A stretch of 64,000 bases of DNA from Octopus sinensis (lineage: Eukaryota): contig NC_042997.1 in NCBI RefSeq assembly GCF_006345805.1, forward strand, positions 145,824,001 to 145,888,000, written 5' to 3'. Below the pieces are notes generated by a model. It was not told where the DNA came from. It worked only from the letters and a program-made list of their open reading frames with translations, and did no database searches. Below are positions 37,095 to 50,841 of this stretch, in pieces. Position 1 is the first letter of the stretch; each line of letters opens with the position of its first letter. The translations under genes and the position numbers were made by a program.

Positions 37095-37480
37095 TTTTTC
37101 TCTCTTTTACTTGTTTCAGTCATTTGACTGCGGCCATGCTGGAGCACCGCCTTTAGTCGAGCAAATCGACCCCGGGACTTATTCATTGTAAGCCCAGTAC
37201 TTATTCTATCGGTCTCTTTTGCCGAACCGCTAAGTGACGGGGACGTAAACACACCTAGCAATGCTAGGGGGACAAACACACACACATACATACATATACA
37301 TATATATACACATATACGATAGGCTTCTTTCAGTTTCCGTCTACCAAATCCACTTCCAAGGCATTGGTCGGCCCGGGGCTATAGCAGAAGACACTTGCCC
37401 AAGATGCCACGCAGTGGGACTGAACCCGGAACCATGTGGTTGGTTAGCAAGCTACTTACCACACAGCCACTCCTGCGCCT
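37095..37480 (-). mobile_element. SINE family B, little diverged
   Basis: Complete head, CORE-like CTTGGGCAAGTG, internal microsatellite and tail. Confidence 0.9.
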
Positions 37481-37789
37481 GTTGAACTTTCATTGGGTAA
37501 TTTTTAAACACCTATTTTTCTAATTGTGGCAGTCCTTTGTTAACGTTTTCCTCCTTAAGTGAAGGGGGGAAATATTGTTGTATTCTTAAATAAAAAAAAA
37601 ATGAACAAATCACCAATTAAAGCCAAGACCAGTAGTGAACCTGGTACAAGTGAAGATATTACTAGCGGAGAAGACAGCACAGTTTTGATTAGCATGTCGA
37701 CAAGAGAAGAGTTTATGCAAGGAAGAAAAGCTAGCAATTTTGCAGCAGCGGCCGGTGTTTCAAAACAGTCAATAAATTGTGAAAGCGAT

Positions 37790-37921
37790 GAGCTCGGAAA
37801 ATACAATGGTATGATGAAAAGGGAGGGGAGCGAAACTGATATCAAGTACTAGTTACGTACTGGGGTAAATGTAATCGACTAGTCCTATTCCCCAAATTTC
37901 AGGCCTTGTGCCGATAGAAGA

Positions 37922-37954
<33 letters not shown>

Positions 37955-38290
37955 CATTTATGCCAGTAGAATCGTTAGCTCGTAGGACAAAATGCTTAGT
38001 GGCATTTCGTCCGTCTTTACGTTCTGAGTTCAGATTCAGCAGAGGTCGAATTTACCTTTTATCCTTCTGAGGTCGGTAAAATAAGTACCGGACTTACCTC
38101 CTACCCTTCCAAAATTTGAAATCTTTATTATTATTCCAACTTTACTTTCTGAGTTCAAATGCCACCGGGGTAGACTTTACCATTCATCCATTCGGTGTCG
38201 ATGAAACAAGGGCCAGTTGAGCACTGGCGTCCATATAATCGATTTACCCCCTCTCCCCAAATTTCTGAACTTGTGCCTATATTAGAAACG

Positions 38291-38322
<32 letters not shown>

Positions 38323-38752
38323 GAATGCAGGAAGTTGGCAGAAACGCTAGCACGCCGGACGTTAGCTACGCTCTCAGTTCAAATTCCGCCGAGGTCGACT
38401 TTGCTTTATATTATGTCAAGGTCGGTAAATTAAGTACCAGTGAAACACTAGGATCAATTCAATCGACTGGCCCCCTCGCCTCAAATTTCAGGCCTTGTGC
38501 CTATAATAGAAAGGATTATTATCATTATTAAGCTGGCGAGCTGGCAGAATCGTTAGCACGACGGGCAAAATGCTTCGCGGCATTTCGCCGTCCTTACATT
38601 CTGAGTTCAAATTCTCCCGTGGTCGACTTTGTTTTTTATAATGTCGGGGGCGATAAATTAAGCACCAGTGAAACACTGGGAAAGATGTAATTGATAGGTC
38701 CTCTCCCCTCAAATTACAGGCCTTGTGCCTTTAGTAGAAAGGATTATTATTA
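37790..38752 (+). mobile_element. Head-to-tail array of about 5 SINE A units separated by (TTA)n
   Basis: Repeated body plus GGCCTTGTGCC..AGAAAGGATTATT tails. Confidence 0.8.
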
Positions 38753-38969
38753 TTACCTTCGCCTTAGCGAAGGCGGAGTTTTCAGCCGAGTTTGTTTGTC
38801 CGTGGAGAAGATATCTCAAGAATCGCTAGATGGATTCGGGGGATGAAACTTTCAGGAATGTTTGGGAGGTATTGTGTCTGTCTTTGTAGTGTCTCTTCTG
38901 TGTTGTGGCCGTAGTACCAAAATAAAGAAACATTGGCGGAGGTTTGCTCTCTCTGAGTACTCTCTTGTT
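38753..38969 (+). mobile_element. Helentron-type non-autonomous element
   Basis: Sub-terminal inverted ACCTTCGCC / GGCGGAGGT, 3' hairpin GCTCTCTCTGAGT, T-rich ends. Confidence 0.65.
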
Positions 38970-39629
38970 ATTGATGTTGTTGTTGTAAATATGATCATCA
39001 CGTCCTGTTTGTCTGCTAGTTTGATATAGCATCATAAAAAAGTAAATAATGATTTATTTCTCAAATAAACTCCGTTTTACAACAGTAAATAAATTAAGAA
39101 GTTTTTTCCTTATTTTTCTCTAAAATAGTTATTGTGATATACCATAATAAAAAGAGTAAATATGTTGTCTCTCACATAAACACCAAATAATACTTTAAAG
39201 ACCGCTATTTAACATTATTCGACGTAGCATAATAAAATATTGACTAAGTTACAATTTTTTTCGAATAACCTCGTTCTTTAAACTATAAATATATATTTTT
39301 TAAGGTCGAGTTTCAAATTTTCCCCTAAGATATTACAAAATTCTGTATTCTGATTTTTAGGTCGTTTGCAGTCGATCCTGGCACATTCTATCACCTCAGG
39401 TTCGACATTACAGACATACATACATAATACAGGCAGACAGACAGGCAAACAGATATTTGTATAAGCACATGACATCTGTGTATATAAGTATGAGGAGTAT
39501 TTTATTGTAATTGGATCTACTGATGTTACAACGAAATGAATTAGATCATTCACTCTGTTGATATTCATGATTTTTACAAAATGATTTTTAGTGGTCCTAA
39601 TATGTGTAGCTTATTTTTATTATTATATG

Positions 39630-39831
39630 AAGGCGGCGAGCTGCCACGCCAGGAAAAATACTTACCGCCATTTCGTCCATTTTTACGTTCTGAGTGCAAA
39701 TGTTGCTGGGGTTGACTTTGCCTTTCATTCTTTCGGGAGTCGATGAAATTAGCACCAGTCACTCACTGGGGTCGACGTAATTGACTTACATCTCCACCAA
39801 AATTTCAAGCCTTCTGCCTATAGTAGAAAAG

Positions 39832-39864
<33 letters not shown>

Positions 39865-40092
39865 ATATGAAGGTAGCGTGCTGGCTGAATAGTTAGCACA
39901 CCGAGAAAAATGCTTAGAGGTATTTTGTCTGTCTTTGCCTTTCTGAGTTCCAATTCCGCCGAGATCGACTTCACATTCCATCTTTTCGAAGTCATAAAAT
40001 AATAACCAGTTGAGCAGTGGGATCGTTGTAATCGACTCACTCACTCCACCGAAATTGCTGGTCTTGTGCTAAGATTTGAAACCATTATTATT
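39630..40092 (+). mobile_element. Two tandem SINE A copies
   Basis: Family A motifs with a (TTA)n spacer. Confidence 0.8.
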
Positions 40093-41882
40093 ACTACAAG
40101 GTTTTCTTTCGTAATTTCATGAGTATTTCCACTGCATCATCTGACACGCGCCTATGTTACTGAACTGAGTGCAGCATTGGGTTCTTATTTTTGTTGGGAT
40201 TGGAGGAGCGTAAAATCCTTCTGTTGTTGGGTTTAATTTCTTGTTGCATAAGTGAATGTTCTGCTGTATGGACGAGGGATCCCCGAACCAAAGCAGTCTT
40301 CCGAGCACGCAGACGGACACACCGTGCTCCATCTTCTCATATTGGGAGAAATAGGTTAGTCGATTACATCGGCCTCAGTACTCAATTGGTATTACTTGTC
40401 CATGTGTAACTTAAGCAGATGTTTATGTTGATGTATGTTCAGTAATTTCCTGTACTCTATTCTTTTTATTGTATCTCCAGAACGCTTCTTAATCTTAACT
40501 CTGGTCCACCCACTGCGAATTATGGGCTAACGGTGAATTTATTTCTTATGACAAGGGTTTTATTTATTCATTTTTTTTTACGTCTTTCTAAGTGGACTTC
40601 TGTGGTTTTTCATCATTCTATAGGATGTCAGTTCTGAGTGGTTAGGAAGCTCATCTTGCGTTCTTGTGGTTTCGGGTTCAATCTCATAGCGCGCAGCACC
40701 TTAAACAAATGTCTTATACAATAGCATAGAGTCGTCTAATACTTTGTGAGTGAATTTGGGTAGACGGAAACTTTTTGGAAGCCCGTCATGCGTATACATA
40801 CAGATATGAGTATGTGTGTGTTTACACCAAAAGAGACCAATAGAATAAGTACCAGTATTAAAAGTCCTGAAATCGATTTCTTCCTTTCGAGGTCGATAAA
40901 TTAAGTACCAGTCAAGCACTGGGGTCGATGTAATCGACTTGCCACCTCTTTTAAAATTTGAGAATTGGTAGAGACTCGAACGAACAAATTACTTTTTGCT
41001 ATTCATTCCGGCCCTTTACGTTGGTGAGTTCAAAACTTATCGAGGTCATCTTTGCCTTTTATCTTTTATGGGCCGATAAAATAAAATATCCTTCGTGAAC
41101 TTATGGCATGTTATAATCGACTTCGTCTAATCCACACTTTTAATCTTATACATGTGTAAGAAATTCTTCTTATTTCGTTATAAACTCATTATTTGCCTAT
41201 ATGGAAGACATGCACAAGAGGATATATTCACATTCATACCTATAATGGAAAATACCCGCGGATATATTCATTCATACATACATATGCAGACACTAACACC
41301 AATTATGCAGCTGGATTTGTTAAAATAACAGTAACCATATAGGTGCCACTGGCTATATAAAAGTTTATGAAGAATGGAAGACTTATGCCAAGACTTAGGA
41401 TATTACTATTATTGTTTAACAGATTTGAAGAAGAAATGCTTTTAAAGCTGTAATATGCAACTTAAAATACAGAGACATTAATAAAACGCGTTTCTTTCAT
41501 AGAAATTCATTCACACTGAAGGTAAAGAAAAGGTTTAAAAAATATAATAATAACGTTCAATGTCACAATATACGTTTTTTTAAGAAGATTCACATGTATT
41601 TTGAAATAAAATATCAGACAATTTGGCAAATAGCAGGTGATAAAGGAACTCTTACAAATAGCTTCGATGTAACAGTAATGGAATTATATTATATAACAGA
41701 GTAAAAATTAATGAATAAGCAAAAAAAATCTAAGTAATCACAAAGTCTCTGGAACTCACTGCTGATATAAATCATGGTATAAGTTTTTCCGTTGATTTCT
41801 GAAATCAATATTTTAGTTTGGTAAAGAAAAATTGCAAAACACCGAATTTATAGAAATATATTCTCATACACAGATATACGTA

Positions 41883-42548
41883 TCAGGTCATCCCATAAGT
41901 TCTGTCCGAATTGTGAATAAAGAAAACAAGTGATCAAATGTTATATTTAATTGAAATTTAATCACCAATGCACTTTTCCTGATTATCTATGACTTACTTC
42001 CATCTATTTACAAGCTTTTTAATCCCGTCAATGTAAAACTCCTTTCGTTTCAAAGTGAAGAACTCTGAAATGTCAGTTTCGACCTCCCACGGGCTTGCGA
42101 AAGTTATGTCCCCCAAATGATTCTGTAAACTACGAAACAAACGGTAGTCTAAAGAAGCAAGGTCGGGAGAATAACGTGGGTGAGGAATTTTTTCCCATCC
42201 AAACTCTTCGATCTTCTGTGATGTGATCTTTGCAGTGTGGAGTCACACATTGTCCTGATGAAACATCACTCCTTTTCAATTCACTAAAGCGGGTCTTTTT
42301 TTCTTCAAAGCTTGGCTAAAACGCTCTAACTGCTGACAGTAAACTTGAGCATTTATTGTTGCATTAGGTGGTAACAATTCAAAATGAATTACTCCTTTGC
42401 AATCCCACCAGATTGAGAGAGAAACCTTTTCCCCATGAAGTTCCCTTCTCGGTTGTGGTTGAGCTTTTTCCTTTTTATCAAGCCACTGTTTACGACATTT
42501 AACATTTCGATAGAAGATCCATTTTTTGTCACCAGTCACAAGTCTATC
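41883..42548 (-). pseudogene. mariner transposase 3' part with one TIR, cut by SINE A (42549-42712)
   Basis: LVTGDKKW, WWDCKG, HQDN, HPRYSPDLA..DY motifs with stops; TA|TCAGGTCATCCCATAAG terminus. Confidence 0.92.
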
Positions 42549-42799
42549 CAAATTGACCCCAGTGTGTAACTGGTACTTATTTAGTCGACCCCGAAAGGAT
42601 GAAAGGCTAAGCCGACCTCGGCGGAATTTGAACTCAGAACATAACGGCAGACGAAATACTGCTAAGCATTTCGCCCGGCGTGCTAACGATTCTGCCAGAT
42701 TGCTACCTTCTTCGCGACCATAATAATGATATGCCCTGTCTAATGCAAGTCTGCATCAAGTCTGTCAACACAGTTTCTCATAAAGAATCTTGCAAATAT

Positions 42800-43360
42800 T
42801 TTTTTACTTGTTTCTGTCATTAGACTGCGGCCATGTTGGGGCACCCTCTTGGGGAATTTTAGTCGAACGAATCGACCACAGTACTTTTTAAGAGGTTGAC
42901 ACATTCGATTGGTCTCGTTTACGGGGAAGTAAACACAGACATCAGCATGCACGCGCGCGCACACACCAGCACACCTCCCCCATATATATATATATATATA
43001 TATATATTCTGTTGTGTCTGGGGAGAGTAATTTTCTTTTTGTGCCTTACAATGAAATTTTACCGGTGAGTGTGTTACATTATAAGGCACAAAAAGAAAGT
43101 GACTCTCCCAAGACACAACAGAATATGCTTCAACACACGAACTCATATAAAGAATCTTGCAAACCAAATCCAAAAACGAAATATATATATATACACACAT
43201 ACACACGACGGACTTCTTTCAGTTTCTATCAAATCTACTCAAGTGCCTCCCACAATACTCTGATTTTATAATTGTAGAGCCTTGCTCAAGGCGCCACGCA
43301 GTGGGATTGAACCTGAAACCAGGTGGTTGAGAAACTAACTTCTTACCACACCTGCGCCCA
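42800..43360 (-). mobile_element. SINE family B interrupted by a palindromic insert (43004-43126)
   Basis: B tail at 42800-42950, head at 43205-43360; ~50-bp inverted arms in between. Confidence 0.75.
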
Positions 43361-44477
43361 TGTTGTCATGATAATTTGATAAATTCAATTTTATTAAGAT
43401 ATATATATAAATGTACAGATAAATACTAAAGCATAACAGAAACTGAAATTGCGTTTGTAATAATGTTACACTGGAGTTACAGCAGCAAATGCAAAAGCAA
43501 CAAAAATATATCGAGAAAAAATACATAGTGGCTGCATATGTATATATATATATTTCGTTTTTGGATTTGGAGCTGTTGTATTCTTTAATTTTATCCAATG
43601 CTTCCATGAAGAAATAACTTTGAATAAATGAACGCATTAATATTTTTAAATAAAAATAATGTTTGCATATTGTTTCTATAATCGGCTTGTTGGACATCAG
43701 AGGAATTAGGAATAGAACGTTTCAAGCAGTCATCGGTAAAACTAAAAATACATGTTTTCAACTAAAAATAAATGACCAAAAAGAGAAAGAGATGAAAATG
43801 AAAAACTATAAGGGAAAAATATTTTAGAAAATATTAAAAAACAAGTAGCAATTAGATGGTCAAATAAATTGAATTTAAAATGCGAAATTTAAAATATAAA
43901 AAGCAGTTCGACGAATATATAGCTAGTAGTAAATATTTAAATAATCCTGGCCATAATTTAAACGTTATTCATGGCTTTCGAAATTAGAAACTGGCTGAGA
44001 TTTAATATCCTAATGCAAACTTTACGCATGAGAAAATTATTTTACATTTTTGTGCTTGTACTTGCTTTTGGAAGGCATATTTCCACAAATTTTGGTGCTA
44101 TTTACAGATTTACTAAAATTCGCCATGGAAGTTGTTCTGCCAAACGATCATTCCTTGTTGTGAGTGTGTATGTGTGTGTGTGTGTGCGTGCGTGTGTGTT
44201 GTCCTTATCTTATTTTATTCATTTGTCTTTTATCTTTTACTTGTTTCAGTCATTAGATTGCGGCTATGCTGGGGCACCACCTTGGCGAATTTTAGTCGAA
44301 CGAATCGCTCCAGGTACCTATTTTTTATATTTATTACTAATTTTTTTCTAAACCTGGTATTTATTCATCAAGTCTCTTTTGCCGAACCACCAAGTTACGA
44401 GGACGTAAACATATCAACACAAGTTCTCAAATGGTGGTGGGGTACACACACACACACACACACACACCATACATATA

Positions 44478-45030
44478 TCTATAATATAAATTGGACATGG
44501 GCGATCGTTGTGTTCTTTCTTGTCTTGAGGTTCACAGTCAAACGGCTGGGTGGATTCGCGTGAAAAATGGCACACATATGGAGACGGGTGCATAAATTGA
44601 AATGCGGTTTCTATTTTTTTCGTAGCTTCCATACTTACCGAGAAAATCGATTAAAACTTTTACTAATTGAATTCTCCTGTTTGTTCTGCCATTAAAATAA
44701 CCAGTTGCTCACACAGCCGGCATATACCATTTCGCTAGCAGCAAGGGGAGTACAGGATGACAGTCAGCCAAAACTTTCGCTCTCTTCTTTTACCTCTTTG
44801 TGGGGTTAATAATCTTAATCTTTAGTTACAGTTTCTCATTAAAACTACATAATAGACAGAATTGACAGATTAAGACAATAGGGTGTTTTGAGGGAGATTT
44901 GGCTGCTATTTTACCAGGTCTAGCTACCATGTACAGGTCTGAACTTAATTTTCATTCACATGTGCCTAACCGAAAACGATCACAGCCACATCATCCAAAC
45001 AGTCCGTGTGAAACCGAGCTTAGCTGCTAG
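44478..45030 (+). mobile_element. Non-autonomous Helitron
   Basis: A|TCTATAATATAAA start; imperfect hairpin CCG-TGTGAAAC-CGA then CTAG|T end. Confidence 0.7.
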
Positions 45031-45090
45031 TACATATATAAATATATATATATGGAGTAAGTGGAACAAGAGCACACACGAAAACGAAAG

Positions 45091-45135
45091 TGTCGCTGAA
45101 GTGGTCACAGGAGTGTGACGAAAGATTTCCGGACA
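45091..45135 (+). ncRNA. Degenerate minimal hammerhead motif
   Basis: tgtcg CTGAAGT g gtcac-aggagt-gtgac GAAA gatt TC cggaca. Confidence 0.6.
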
Positions 45136-45412
45136 ATGGACATGAGTTAAAATAATAAAATAAGAACAGTAATAAACGTGTGACGAAAAAATATATAGTG
45201 TGTGTGTTTATTTGGCAAAAAATATTACCATCCCGAAATACAACAATATATATATATATATATATATCACATACGATGGACTTCTTTCAGTTAACGCCTA
45301 CCAAATCCGCTCGCAAAGCTTTGGTCAGCTCGAGGCTATAGTAAAAAAAAACATTTCATCAAAGTTCCACGCAGTAGGACTGAACCCGTATTTATGTGGT
45401 TCGGAAGCAAAC

Positions 45413-46305
45413 TTCTTTATTTCTTTTAAATTTCCATAAAGGCATTACATAGAGGGGGACACTACAACACATGTGGGGACATATAACAATTGAAATAAAG
45501 ATATGATGCTATGAATGACACTTGAAAATGAACACGGAAAAGCATTAAAATTAAAATATCAAAATAATGATACATGAATAATAAATGAGAAATGAGAATA
45601 TGAAAAGTGTGTTACTCACCCCACACTGAGTAACACCACTCGCCACCTCTGAGTCCTGAGTCCTCTTTAGTCTTTGATCTAGTCTTTCGTTTACCGTTTT
45701 CCTCATCGCTGATTGACAACACTCTCTCCTCCATGTACACGTAACCTTTTTCACCGCGAGAGGGGTCTTGTAAATTTTTTCTGTGGGGAGAGGGGGTGGG
45801 CGGGTTTGGTGTCTCTATGGGGAGGGTGAGTCTGAGTGGTCTTCGTTGGGATGGAGTTGGTCTGGGGTGCCACATTACACTGACTGTTTTTCCTCTTCTT
45901 TCTGTTTTTCCTTTTATTCTCTTTCACTATCCATTCATCCTCCTTGTTCCTTTCATCCATCTGTACTTCCTTCTCCTTCTCCACCACTATTTCTTCTGTC
46001 GTTTTCCTCTGAAGAGAGCAGTGCGCTCTAATGTGGCCCTTTTGGCCACATTTAAAACATCGTGGGATTCTGTCCTCCGCCCAAACTCTCAACACAATCT
46101 CTCCCAACGTCACCGTCTCCGCCAAATTCTCCAAATGCCTCTCCTCTGACTGTATAATGAGGTCCAGTGTTTTTCCTCTCCATTCTCCGTCCTCCGTTTC
46201 CGTTGCTTGGAGAGCAACCATCTCCTCCTCACTTCCAACGAGGACGGCTGCGGTAACCCATGCCACTTCCGGAAGCAAACCTCTTCCCACAGAGCGCGCC
46301 ACCGT
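45413..46305 (-). mobile_element. 5'-truncated retroposon encoding an ORF1/gag-like CCHC protein, followed directly by 3' UTR
   Basis: ORF 46302-45751 with CFKCGQKGHIRAHC; no RT or endonuclease follows; AATAAA near 45420. Confidence 0.7.
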
Positions 46306-46577
46306 CTTTAAGTATTTTATTTTATTTATTTTTTATTTTATCTAGTTTCAGCTCATGAGCTGTGGCCATGCTGGGGCACCGCCATTTAAAGAGTCAGCCG
46401 GAGCCGCGTGGAGCTTAGGTGTTTCGCTCATAAACACACATCGCCCGGTCAGAGATTCGAACCCGCGATCCCTTGACCGCGAGTCCGCTGCTCTAACCAC
46501 TAGGCCATGTGTCTCCTTATTCATTTATTTTTCTTCCTTTTCTTTCTCTCTGCCAGCTCGCCGCCTTAAAAACAACA

Positions 46578-47270
46578 ATCTTACTATAATGTGCGTTATG
46601 TCCGTCTGTGTGTCCCTCTGTCCGTCTGCCTGTCTGTTCACTCTTCACGGTCAAACCGCTGGACAGCTGGACCAATGGTCATGATGTTTTTTCGGAATTA
46701 TGAAAGAGGAAGTCAGAAAGGTTTTTAGCGAAAAAAAATGTGAAAAAGTATGATTATTTAGTGGATATTGAATTTTATATTAATAAATCACCTTTGATTA
46801 TTTTTTTGTTAAAATTTCGGCGACGAGGATTAACTCTGGATCCCCCACCACCCGCTCCGTATAATTTGTGAATTTAGAGAGTTTAGATTTGCGATACTAT
46901 CTCTTCATTTTCCATCGTAGATGAGCAGATTTGCAATCTTACTATAATGAGAGTTATGTCCGTTTGTCTGTCCATCTGTCCGTCTCTTTATCTGTTCCCT
47001 CCTCACGGCCAGACGGCAGTACCAATGGTTACCATATTTTTCGGGATTACAAAGACCGTCGTCAGAAAGGGTTTTAGCAATAAAAAAGCAGAAAGTATTA
47101 TTATTTCGTGGATATCGATTTTTGAATGATAAACTACCTTCGCGTTTTTTTATTAAAAATTCACCGACCACGACTAATTCTGGATTTTCATCGTATAGTT
47201 CGTTGTCCCATCGTAGATAAGAAGGGGGTCGCAAGGACGGTTAATAGCGAAAATAAACTGGAAAAAGTTT
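46578..47270 (+). mobile_element. Two tandem Helitron-like 5' portions
   Basis: ATCTTACTATAATG.G.GTTATGTCCGT.TG starts at about 46578 and 46937, colinear for over 250 bp. Confidence 0.6.
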
Positions 47271-47285
47271 GTTAATATACAATGT

Positions 47286-47402
47286 GTGTGATTATTTAGT
47301 GGTTTAGTGTGATTATTTAGTGGTTATTGAAGTGTGATTATTTAGTGGTTTAGTGTGATTATTTAGTGGTTTAGTGTGATTATTTAGTGGTTTTTGAAGT
47401 GT
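47286..47402. repeat. 21-25 bp minisatellite (GTGTGATTATTTAGTGGTTTA), about 5 units
   Basis: Directly visible. Confidence 0.9.
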
Positions 47403-47994
47403 CAGTCTCGAGCAGGATTCGAAACGGCTAATTGAAGCAATTGTTTTTTATATCTCAGTTTTGTCAATCAAAATAGTCCATGGTACCAGAACATCCAGAC
47501 ATTATTCGCATTGAACAGTGAAAGGTAAGTTTTAGTTTGATTTTTTGCAACCCTAAAAATTCCGCTCACGCATTCACAGCAAACAAGGTTTATTTTTCTC
47601 CCAATCCGATGTTTACACACGGCCAGTTATACGTCGTAATGAGTAGAGCAAGAAACTCCAGTAATTTGAAAATTAGTGTCGACCAAACAGAAAATATCGT
47701 CTAGAGAAAATTTTGTAATCATACTGATATTATCGAAAGGAATATGATTCATAATTTAAATAAGGAAATTTGTGAACTCTGAATGTATAATAGTATAAAC
47801 AAGCTTAAAATAACAACTAAAATAAAAGTATATCTAAATAAATTTGTTTCTTAATACTTTTTATGTAGTTGTCGAAAGAAGCTCTGGCTTTCGTCAAGAG
47901 TGGTCTACATAACCATTCATGATACAGAGGCTGGGAACCTATTCGCCAGGCGCGCTAGCGATTCTGCCAACTCGCCACCTTAAAAGCAATAAGT

Positions 47995-49450
47995 GCTTTA
48001 TTGCCTCAAAAGTTCGTAAAATTTTTTTTAAATACAATGAAAGTTAATGAACATGGAGTGTACTATACATGCGGAGCTAGACATGGGGTAAGGACGTTAT
48101 ACGATAGACGGGTGGTTAAAAACTTGATAAAATAAAAGAAATAGAAAACATAAAACAATAATCAAAATAGAATATAATGGCAATAATAGCAAAAATAAAT
48201 TAGGTTTACCTACTCGCGCACGCATGGAAACCTACTTGTTAGATCAAGTTAGAATACCCCCAAATTTTTGCGCTTCTACTAGACATTGTATATTTCGTGG
48301 ATATCCCCGAACTAGCTGCTGCCTTTGTTCATAAAAAAATAAATAAAAATAAAATAAAAAAAGAAAAAGGATCTCCTTTCCGAGGGGTCTTCACCAATAT
48401 TCGATCCTCTACATACTTCAGGTTTTATCTCATCAGCTCCTGCTCCATCCTCATATTAATCGGCTGGGTTTTCTTCAAGTCGTATAACAGCTTGAGTAGT
48501 CCCTTGTCATCATCTCTGATAACTATGAAACTGCACCAGTCCCAGAGTTCGGGCTGTTGTTCCGGTAACCTGAAAGATTTGCTGGAAGGGTGTGTTGCGT
48601 TTTTTTTTTAAATTCTTTTTTTCTCAGACACTAACTTTGATTGCATTTCAGATTGCATTTGATGCCTATCCTCGCAAGTGGATTGGGTGGTGCTGATATG
48701 AAATAGAGACCATTATTGTCTGCCTCTGAGACTAAATACGAGGTGAAATCCTCTGTCAGCTCAGGACTAGAACAAGGTGCTTTGACATTGTTCGATTCTG
48801 AGAGCAAGCACGAGGCGAATTTTTCGGCCATCCTTAGATGTTGCAACAGATGATACAACTGGCGATGCTTCTAAATGCTTCAGTCTCTCGATGTTGCTTA
48901 ATCTTTTTCGCGTTTTCTCAGTTCAGAAAACCCTCAAATGGATCTGGTTGTCGTAAGTGAAATAACTGGAATTTCTGTCCTCAGTTACCGTTAACGACTG
49001 TTGCAAATATGCTAGAAGTGTCTTCCCTTACTTCTCTTTCCTCGGGCATCTCAAATGCATGTTGGTCTTCCTGTATTGAGAAAAGCACCTCAGTGTATCT
49101 TCTATTTGCTGAAGAGTTTCTGCTACCACGATATTTCTACACTTTGGAAATTTTGTATACGTTTGTCGCACGCGGCAAAAACAAATTAATTTCATGTTTG
49201 CTGAAGTTGATATTTAAATATTTAGTTTAGTACTTGGGGTATGAGATTCTTTGATAGAATTGCCTTTCTCTCCTTTGTTGCTCTGTATTAGTTGCCAACT
49301 ATCCGGAGTCGGTTGTATACTTTTAGGGTGTTCTCTGTTATAGTTTCACAAGCATGATTTGTGTGTCACCTATTTTGAAAAGGCTAAAATTTTCATGCAA
49401 TAGTTTCATTTGGATATAAACAGTCTAATCATATAGTTTAGTTTCCTTAT
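47995..49450 (-). mobile_element. Possible old decayed retroposon
   Basis: Minus-strand AATAAAG end and broken frame ..IRDDDKGLLKLLYDLKKTQP..; family not recognised. Confidence 0.3.
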
Positions 49451-50430
49451 TGAACGCTCTAGTTGTTTATTTTAGATCTCACCAAAAATACAAACACACA
49501 CATATACATTATACATGCAAACATACCTGCACTCATGCATATATACACACATACATACAAAAAGAAACTGTAAAAATCTGTAAAACTTTCTAGAGGTTTA
49601 TCATTTATATATATGTATATGAGCATGTCTAGATATGCAACTATATGCATGGGAATACATACATAAAACAAAACGTACAAATTTGCACATATACATATAC
49701 ATATATACAAAAATACACTGTTGATGTTGTTGAAATTCCAGTTAAGGAGCTTCAGATCTAGGTTACAAACGAGCTCTTTCTCTATTGGCAAGAAATCTTG
49801 AAATAAAACTGAATAATGACATACATACATACATACATAATATTTTAAGAAACGAAAGAGGCAGAGGTTTGAGATCAGTACAGACATCCTTCTAACGTCG
49901 TATAGCATTTCTCAGACAGCACCTGCTAAACATCAGCTGCCTTACTGAAATGAATATCTCTTTGAAAATCAAAGAAAAAGAGGATAACTACGGACAACTG
50001 CTTCGAAACTATCAGCTTCTCTATCCATATTATAAATTCACATTCATACCAATAATAATTGGTGCTTTTTTTTTTTTTGTAAGTGAATTGTTTTTTGTGA
50101 CAATCTGAAAAAGCTAGGGTTTTCAGAGAAAGAAATCAACCAGCAAACATTCACATCACTAATTCAATCTGTAAGCGGAATGGTAATACTAGGCAACACT
50201 TTTAAAAATTTCAACGTGTCAGATTGTTTTTTTATATACATTCCACAGACAGAGCTTTTTTTTTATTAGAAAGTAGATCCTTCTTTATAGAAGAAATTTA
50301 AATAACTCAAAATAGAAGAGATCATAATACATACATACATACATACATACATACATACATACATACATACAGTCTACCCAATAATTTGTTCGCATAAATT
50401 TATCTAACATCACATATAATAGATGTAATA

Positions 50431-50463
<33 letters not shown>

Positions 50464-50841
50464 AACTAGTCATTAGTTTTCATTAAAATGAAAATGAGTT
50501 GTTTTTGTGTTGCATAATTCCTTTCATGTTGTATAATTATTTTTATATTACATTATTTTATTACTTTTGCAAGATAATATATACCAGAGGTAATAAAATG
50601 AACTTTTCTGAATAAAACTGATCTGACTAAGATTTTTTTTTTTTATGAAGATTATTCATTCAGAAATATATATTTATTTCTCTGACTTCCGCCGAGATCT
50701 CACCCCAATCTACATCCTTCATTGACTTTTGCCAAATGAATTCTTTCGGAATTATTTACTTCCTGTAGCCATATTTCGCCAGTTTTCATTTTGTATTAAT
50801 CTCCCGCTAATGCTAGCGCTTAACCTATCTAATCAACTTAC

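Larger units (their letters stand above)
44232..45412 (-). mobile_element. SINE family B split by nested insertions
   Basis: 3' half at 44232-44470, 5' half at 45268-45412. Confidence 0.7.

Noticed and set aside
37559-37852. 97-aa ORF
   Set aside because: Runs into a SINE; at most a transposon N-terminal scrap, not identifiable.
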